Shown: piece by piece, positions 58,589 through 64,000 of the stretch
Numbering within the stretch: position 1 is the stretch's first letter
Layout: each line of letters opens with the position of its first letter
Assembly (NCBI GenBank): GCA_029570205.1
Contig: JAKQSI010000070.1
Coordinates: 53,254 to 117,253 of the forward strand
Direction of reading: 5' to 3'
Origin: Candidatus Omnitrophota bacterium
GTDB taxonomy: Bacteria > Hinthialibacterota > Hinthialibacteria > Hinthialibacterales > JAKPRU01
DNA: 64,000 nt
The notes under the pieces: model-generated
What the model was told of the DNA's origin: nothing
The model's database searches: none
Seen by the model: the letters and a program-made list of their open reading frames with translations, nothing else
Program-made: the position numbers and the translations under genes

Positions 58589-58798
58589 TTACTCCACCGC
58601 GTAATGGACCGACGGTGCATGAAAGAACTTGCGGACGACATCAGGTTGTTTCTGGATACTCCACAGGTAGTCACGCACATTGGCTACCATGTCCTCTCGG
58701 CTGGAAGCGCGCCGGCGGCCCACCGCGTTCTGTTTCACATCGGGATTAAGGAACTCGTCGGGATTCAGGTCGGGCCTGTACGAGGGAAAGATGCTCAC
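58589..58798 (-). pseudogene. C-terminal remnant of an IS630/Tc1-mariner-family DDE transposase
   Basis: PSYRPDLNPDEFLNPDVKQ...VRKFFHAP matches the conserved C-terminus (PPYSP-LNPIE ... FF) of IS630 transposases; no intact N-terminal part upstream. Confidence 0.55.
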
Positions 58799-58926
58799 AC
58801 GAATCCGGTTCGAAGGTCCTTTGGCTCTCTTGACTCAGGGAACACGCATCCGGTTTTGTCATAATCGGGCAGTCTACCCTGGTCAATTCGATAGACAAGC
58901 CACTTGCCTGCTATTGATTATTCGGA

Positions 58927-60366
58927 TTAGTAATTTTCTTTCCCCATCAGGTATCGGTCCACATCCGCCGCCGCTTCCCTTCCCTGCATAATGGCGCGAA
59001 CCACCAGCGATGCGCCGAGGACACAATCCCCGGCGGCAAAGATACCCGGGACGGATGTCCGGTGCCCCTCCTGTACGGCAAGATTTCCTGCGTTGTCAGC
59101 GCTTATTTTCAGCCCTTCGACTAATGGCCCGTGCTCGGTGTGCAGAAATCCCAGCGAGAGTAGAACGAGATCGGCATTCAGTTCAAAATCCGAGCCGGGG
59201 ATTTCACGGAATGCCGGTTTTCCGGATTGGCCCGTATCGGTCCATTCCAGTTTGACACAATGCAGTTTTTTGACTTGGCCCCCTTCTCCCAGAAATTCTC
59301 TAGTCAGGATGCTCCACAGTCGTGTACATCCTTCCTCGTGTGAGGTAGAGGTTTTTAACACTTTCGGCCAAACGGGCCAAGGATTGTCTGCCGGACGTAC
59401 ATCCGCCGGTTTCGGCAGGATCTCAATCTGACAGATGTCGATTGCGCCCTGACGTCGACTGGTTCCGACGCAATCGGAGCCGGTATCGCCACCGCCGATG
59501 ACGACTACTTTTTTTCCGGAAGCGAGGATTTCCTGTTCTTTCGGTATACGATCCCCGGCATTGCGCTTGTTCTGCTGAACCAGGAAATCCATGGCGAAAT
59601 GAATGCCTCCCAGATCCCGTCCGGGGATGTTCAGGTCCCGTGGTCTCGAAGCGCCCGCTGTTATCAGGATGGCATCAAAGGTGCGCTGTAGGTAGCGGGG
59701 CGAAAGATCCGTCCCGGCGTCGACGCCGGTTTCAAAACGGACCCCTTCTTCCCGCATCTGATTCAGGCGTCGGTCGAGTATCCACTTTTCCAGTTTGAAA
59801 TCAGGGATTCCGTATCGAAGGATACCGCCGATCCGGTCGGCCTTTTCAAAGACAACAACCTCGTGGCCGTTCCGGCCCAATTGCTGCGCGGCGGCCAGGC
59901 CGGCGGGGCCGGAGCCGACAATGGCTACTTTCTTTCCAGTCCTTTCCTCCGCCGGCTGTGGTTGAATCCAGCCCTCTCGCCATCCGCGCTCGACGATTTC
60001 CAGTTCGATCAGCCGGATGGCAACCGGCGGCTGGTGGATCGACAGGGTACAGGCGGCCTCGCATGGGGCCGGGCAAATCCGCCCGGTAATTTCCGGAAAA
60101 TTATTCGTTGAGTGCAGGATATCCAGCGCCCGACGCCATTGTCTTCTGTACACTAACTCGTTGAAATCCGGCATACGGTTCTTTACCGGGCAGCCGTAAA
60201 CGTGGCAGAATGGAATCCCGCAATCCATGCAACGCGCAGCCTGTCTTTCCACGCGGTCCCACGGCAGAAACTCTTCGATTTCGCGGAAATCCCGTACGCG
60301 GACCTCGACCGGCCGTTTGGGCGCGTCTTCACGGGTATACTCAAGAAATCCTGTAGGTTTAGGCAC
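58927..60366 (-). CDS. gltD: Glutamate synthase small subunit (NADPH-dependent, beta chain)
   Basis: Probable GTG start giving MPKPTGFLEYTRED; this lies 2 nt after the gltB stop with a GAGG RBS. The ORF-track start at 60450 overlaps gltB by 90 nt. Confidence 0.85.
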   Translation of the reverse strand: MPKPTGFLEYTREDAPKRPVEVRVRDFREIEEFLPWDRVERQAARCMDCGIPFCHVYGCPVKNRMPDFNELVYRRQWRRALDILHSTNNFPEITGRICPAPCEAACTLSIHQPPVAIRLIELEIVERGWREGWIQPQPAEERTGKKVAIVGSGPAGLAAAQQLGRNGHEVVVFEKADRIGGILRYGIPDFKLEKWILDRRLNQMREEGVRFETGVDAGTDLSPRYLQRTFDAILITAGASRPRDLNIPGRDLGGIHFAMDFLVQQNKRNAGDRIPKEQEILASGKKVVVIGGGDTGSDCVGTSRRQGAIDICQIEILPKPADVRPADNPWPVWPKVLKTSTSHEEGCTRLWSILTREFLGEGGQVKKLHCVKLEWTDTGQSGKPAFREIPGSDFELNADLVLLSLGFLHTEHGPLVEGLKISADNAGNLAVQEGHRTSVPGIFAAGDCVLGASLVVRAIMQGREAAADVDRYLMGKENY

Positions 60367-63300
60367 GGTACACCTCTTCGGTAGCCGAAACGGTCTCATC
60401 ATCCAAATGCTGTTGCAAACGCATCCGTTCCAGGACTTTCCGGTACTCAATCGGCATTACTTTTACAAATAGCGGGAGTTGCGACTCCCAATTGTCCAGG
60501 ATCATTTTGCCTCGGATGCTGCCCGTATACCGGACATGTTGCTCGATCATGGTTCGCAATTGCTGTTTGTCCTCAACGGTCCACACACTTTCCAGATCGA
60601 CCATATCGAGATTACACCGCGTGTCGAACAGTTGCGTTTCATCGTAGACATAGGCGATTCCCCCGCTCATTCCGGCCGCGAAATTGGACCCGGTCGGACC
60701 GAGAATGACCACCACGCCGCCGGTCATATACTCGCATCCGTGGTCACCGACGCCCTCTACAACGGCCGATGCGCCACTATTCCGAATCGCAAAACGTTCT
60801 CCGACAATGCCGTAAACATACAACTCACCTCCCGTTGCACCGTACAGGAAGACATTGCCGCCGATCACATTCTCGTGCGGCAAATAGGTCACATTGGCGG
60901 GCGGAACCAGTACAATCCGACCGCCGGACATGCTCTTACCCAGGTAGTCATTCGCGTCCCCCACGATGCAGGCGGTGATCCCCGGGGCAAGAGCCATACC
61001 GAAACTCTGACCGGCAGATCCTTCGAACCGGATTTGAATGGTGTTGTCCGGTAACCCTTTTGCGCCGTATCTCCTCGCAATCTCACCGCTGAGCATTCCG
61101 CAAACCGTGCGGTGAACATTTCGGATGGGCATTTCCAGTTGCACCGGTTCACCGTTTTCCAGAGCGGGCGTGCAGAGTCGAATCAATTGACAATCGAGCG
61201 CTTTGTTCAATTCGTGTTCCTGCCTGCGAATGCAGCGCAACGGCCCTCCATTTGTGTTTCTCGGTGGCGCAAGGATCGCGCTGAAGTCCAAGCCTCGCGC
61301 TTTCCAATGGTCGATAGCCGGTTCGACTTCCAGGAGGTCCACGCGCCCGATCATTCCATCGAGCGTCCGAAATCCGAGTTGAGCCATGTACTCGCGCAGT
61401 TCCTGCGCCAGGAACCGGAAGTAACGTTCGACATATTCGGGTGTTCCGCCGAATCGCCGTCGCAATTCGGGGTCCTGTGTCGCGACACCGACAGGACAGG
61501 TATTCAGATGACACTTGCGCATCATGACGCATCCCAACGTTACCAGAACGACCGTGCCGAACCCGAATTCCTCCGCGCCCATGAGAGCCGCAATCGCCAC
61601 ATCACGGCCGGTGCGGAGTTGACCGTCCACCTGCACACGAATTCGGTCACGCAGGCGGTTGTTTACGAGAGTTTGCTGTGTTTCCGCAAGTCCGAGTTCC
61701 CAGGGCAGACCGGCGTGCTTGATCGAAGTGAGCGGAGACGCGCCCGTTCCGCCATCATAACCGGAAATGAGTACCATATCGGCCTTCGCCTTGGCCACAG
61801 CCGCCGCCACTGTGCCGACACCCGCCTCGGAAACCAACTTAACCGAAATTCGGGCATTGGGATTGACCGCTTTCAAATCGAAAATCAGCTGCGAAAGATC
61901 CTCAATAGAGTAAATATCATGATGCGGGGGCGGCGAAATGAGGGTCACCCCCGGAATGGTGTGACGTACGCGGGCGATGTCCTCATTTACTTTATGGCCC
62001 GGCAGTTGGCCGCCTTCACCGGGTTTCGCGCCCTGGGCTATCTTAATCTGTAATTCTTTACTTTGAACAATGTACTCGGTGGTAACACCGAAGCGAGCCG
62101 ATGCGACCTGTTTGATATTGGACCGCTTGCTGTCGCCGTTCGGTAACGGGTAATACCGCGCAGGGTCTTCGCCCCCTTCGCCGGAGTTGCTGTTGGCGCC
62201 CAGGCGGTTCATGGCGATGGCGATGGTTTCGTGCGCCTCCCTGCTGATGGATCCGAACGACATCGCGGCGGATACGAATCGCGGAAAGATCGCCTCGACA
62301 GGTTCTACTTCCTCAACAGGAATCGGCTCCGTTTTCTTGAACCGAAACAGGCTGCGGAGAGTGGCACACCCGTGGGACTGCTCATTTACCAACCGCGAGA
62401 ACTCCCTGTAAGCCTTTTCGCAATTCGCCCGTACAGCATACTGGAGATGATAGACAACCTCCGGCGACATGAGGTGTTTCTCGCCGCCGTTGCGAATGTG
62501 GTAGTCGCCGCCCGGATCGAGAAGCGGCGCCGGTTTTCCGCGGAGAGGGAATCCCCTTCGATGCCGAGCGCGGGTTTCCGCAGCAATTTCATTCAGGCTG
62601 ATTCCGCCGATTCGGGAGGCCGTGCCGCAGAAGTAGCGATCGACAACGCTTCGATTCAGACCGACGGCTTCAAACATCTGCGCGCCCAGGTAACTGCGTA
62701 CGGTAGAGATTCCCAGGCGGCTGAAGGTTTTCAGTAGACCCTTCTTTATCGCGGTAATGTATGCGTCCACAGCCTGATCGGCTTTGATTTCCTCTTCCAG
62801 CAACCCCAAGTCCGCCATTTCGCGGATGCTCGACAAAGCGACATACGGGCAGATCGCGTTCGTGCCATATCCGAGAAGCAGTGCGAAGTGCATGATTTCG
62901 CGTGCCTCGCCCGTTTCGACAACCAGGCTGGCGGAGGTGCGCAACCCTTTACGGATGAGATGGTGATGCAATCCCGCTGCCGCCAGCAGGGCCGGAATCG
63001 GCGCGTGTTCACGATCCGAGCGGCGGTCCGTAAGGATCAGGATCGTTGCATCGTTCCGGATATGTCGTTCCGCACGGCGAAAGATCGTATCGAGCGCCTC
63101 GGCCAGGGCCTCACCGTTGCCGTCCGCAGGGAACAGGGTGTCGATCTCCGCCGGGATGATATCCGGATGCGTGGTCTGGCGAAGGCGCATCATGTCCTGC
63201 GGCGTCAAAAGGGGATGAGGCAATTTGAGACGCGCGCAATGTTCCGGTGTTTCGCCGAGTAGATTTTTCTCCCGTCCCACAAAACCGGTCAACGACATGA

Positions 63301-64000
63301 CTAATTCTTCCCGAAGAGGGTCGATGGGCGGATTCGTCACTTGCGCAAAAAGTTGTTTGAAATAGGAAAACAGCAATTGTGGGCGATTGGACAGAACCGC
63401 CGGTGCCGCGTCGTTCCCCATGGACCCGACCGCCTCCTGCCCGCGCGAGGCCATCGGCGAAAGAACCCTTTTCAGCTCTTCATCCGTATAGCCGAATGCG
63501 TGTTGTTTCCGACGAAGAATATCGGGGTCCTCTTTCGGGATTTGAGGGGGAACAAACAGCCCGCGCAATCCGATGACATGATCTTTCAGCCAGTGGCGAT
63601 ATGGGCGATGGCGAGAGATCTTCGCTTTGACTTCGTTATCCGGGACGATTCGGTGTTGGGCAAGATCGACCAGGAACATCCTGCCCGGTTGTAGCCGTCC
63701 ACACCGAAGAATCCGGTCCCCGGCGATCTCCAGCACGCCGGTCTCCGATGCCATGACAACCATGCCGTCACGGGTAACGGTATACCGAGCCGGACGAAGA
63801 CCGTTGCGGTCCAATGTTCCACCGATGTAACGCCCGTCGGTAAAGATCAACGCCGCCGGGCCATCCCATGGTTCCATAATGGCCGCGTGGTATTCGTAAA
63901 AGGCCCGCTTATCCTCGCTGATATGGAATTTCGACCCCCACGCTTCCGGAATCATCATCATCACGGCGTGCGGAAGCGAACGTCCGGCCGCTACGAGCAG
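60359..64000 (-). CDS. gltB: Glutamate synthase large subunit, 5'-partial (N-terminus beyond window end)
   Basis: The frame stays open upstream of the listed start (..LLVAAGRSLPHA-MMMIPEAW); GATase-2, FMN and GXGXG-beta-helix domain motifs present. Confidence 0.9.
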   Translation of the reverse strand: MLVAAGRSLPHAVMMMIPEAWGSKFHISEDKRAFYEYHAAIMEPWDGPAALIFTDGRYIGGTLDRNGLRPARYTVTRDGMVVMASETGVLEIAGDRILRCGRLQPGRMFLVDLAQHRIVPDNEVKAKISRHRPYRHWLKDHVIGLRGLFVPPQIPKEDPDILRRKQHAFGYTDEELKRVLSPMASRGQEAVGSMGNDAAPAVLSNRPQLLFSYFKQLFAQVTNPPIDPLREELVMSLTGFVGREKNLLGETPEHCARLKLPHPLLTPQDMMRLRQTTHPDIIPAEIDTLFPADGNGEALAEALDTIFRRAERHIRNDATILILTDRRSDREHAPIPALLAAAGLHHHLIRKGLRTSASLVVETGEAREIMHFALLLGYGTNAICPYVALSSIREMADLGLLEEEIKADQAVDAYITAIKKGLLKTFSRLGISTVRSYLGAQMFEAVGLNRSVVDRYFCGTASRIGGISLNEIAAETRARHRRGFPLRGKPAPLLDPGGDYHIRNGGEKHLMSPEVVYHLQYAVRANCEKAYREFSRLVNEQSHGCATLRSLFRFKKTEPIPVEEVEPVEAIFPRFVSAAMSFGSISREAHETIAIAMNRLGANSNSGEGGEDPARYYPLPNGDSKRSNIKQVASARFGVTTEYIVQSKELQIKIAQGAKPGEGGQLPGHKVNEDIARVRHTIPGVTLISPPPHHDIYSIEDLSQLIFDLKAVNPNARISVKLVSEAGVGTVAAAVAKAKADMVLISGYDGGTGASPLTSIKHAGLPWELGLAETQQTLVNNRLRDRIRVQVDGQLRTGRDVAIAALMGAEEFGFGTVVLVTLGCVMMRKCHLNTCPVGVATQDPELRRRFGGTPEYVERYFRFLAQELREYMAQLGFRTLDGMIGRVDLLEVEPAIDHWKARGLDFSAILAPPRNTNGGPLRCIRRQEHELNKALDCQLIRLCTPALENGEPVQLEMPIRNVHRTVCGMLSGEIARRYGAKGLPDNTIQIRFEGSAGQSFGMALAPGITACIVGDANDYLGKSMSGGRIVLVPPANVTYLPHENVIGGNVFLYGATGGELYVYGIVGERFAIRNSGASAVVEGVGDHGCEYMTGGVVVILGPTGSNFAAGMSGGIAYVYDETQLFDTRCNLDMVDLESVWTVEDKQQLRTMIEQHVRYTGSIRGKMILDNWESQLPLFVKVMPIEYRKVLERMRLQQHLDDETVSATEEVYRA

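Overview
High-GC (about 60%), gene-dense bacterial chromosomal segment; the strand layout and exported enzymes resemble a polysaccharide-degrading PVC-type genome. It contains several TAT/Sec-exported Gfo/Idh/MocA oxidoreductases, a DUF4838 protein, HEAT-repeat lipoproteins, PQQ-like beta-propellers and a TAT-exported sugar-phosphate isomerase. Recognisable units, left to right: a partial secreted glycoside-hydrolase-like gene; an enolase-superfamily enzyme; a homocysteine-methyltransferase/MTHFR fusion convergent with a URO-D-family methyltransferase-like gene (a second paralog lies at 40.2 kb); a DegT aminotransferase, ceramidase-like and oxidoreductase cluster; the heme operon hemE-hemN-hemY-hemH; mltG; rph; a sigma-54 activator with PAS domains; nagB; a sixA operon; feoB preceded by a membrane-anchored DtxR-FeoA fusion; kdgK and eda. 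At 53.2-58.3 kb lie two tandem giant flagellin genes (801 and 852 aa), preceded by a 1.36-kb non-coding region with convergent sigma-28-like promoters and a duplicated ~110-nt element. Then come an IS630-type transposase remnant, gltD and a 5'-partial gltB. No rRNA, tRNA or CRISPR array was found. Intergenic regions carry at least three dispersed GC-rich hairpin or tandem repeat families. No canonical defence or toxin system was recognised; the most unusual items are the flagellin-locus leader, the repeat families and several domain fusions.
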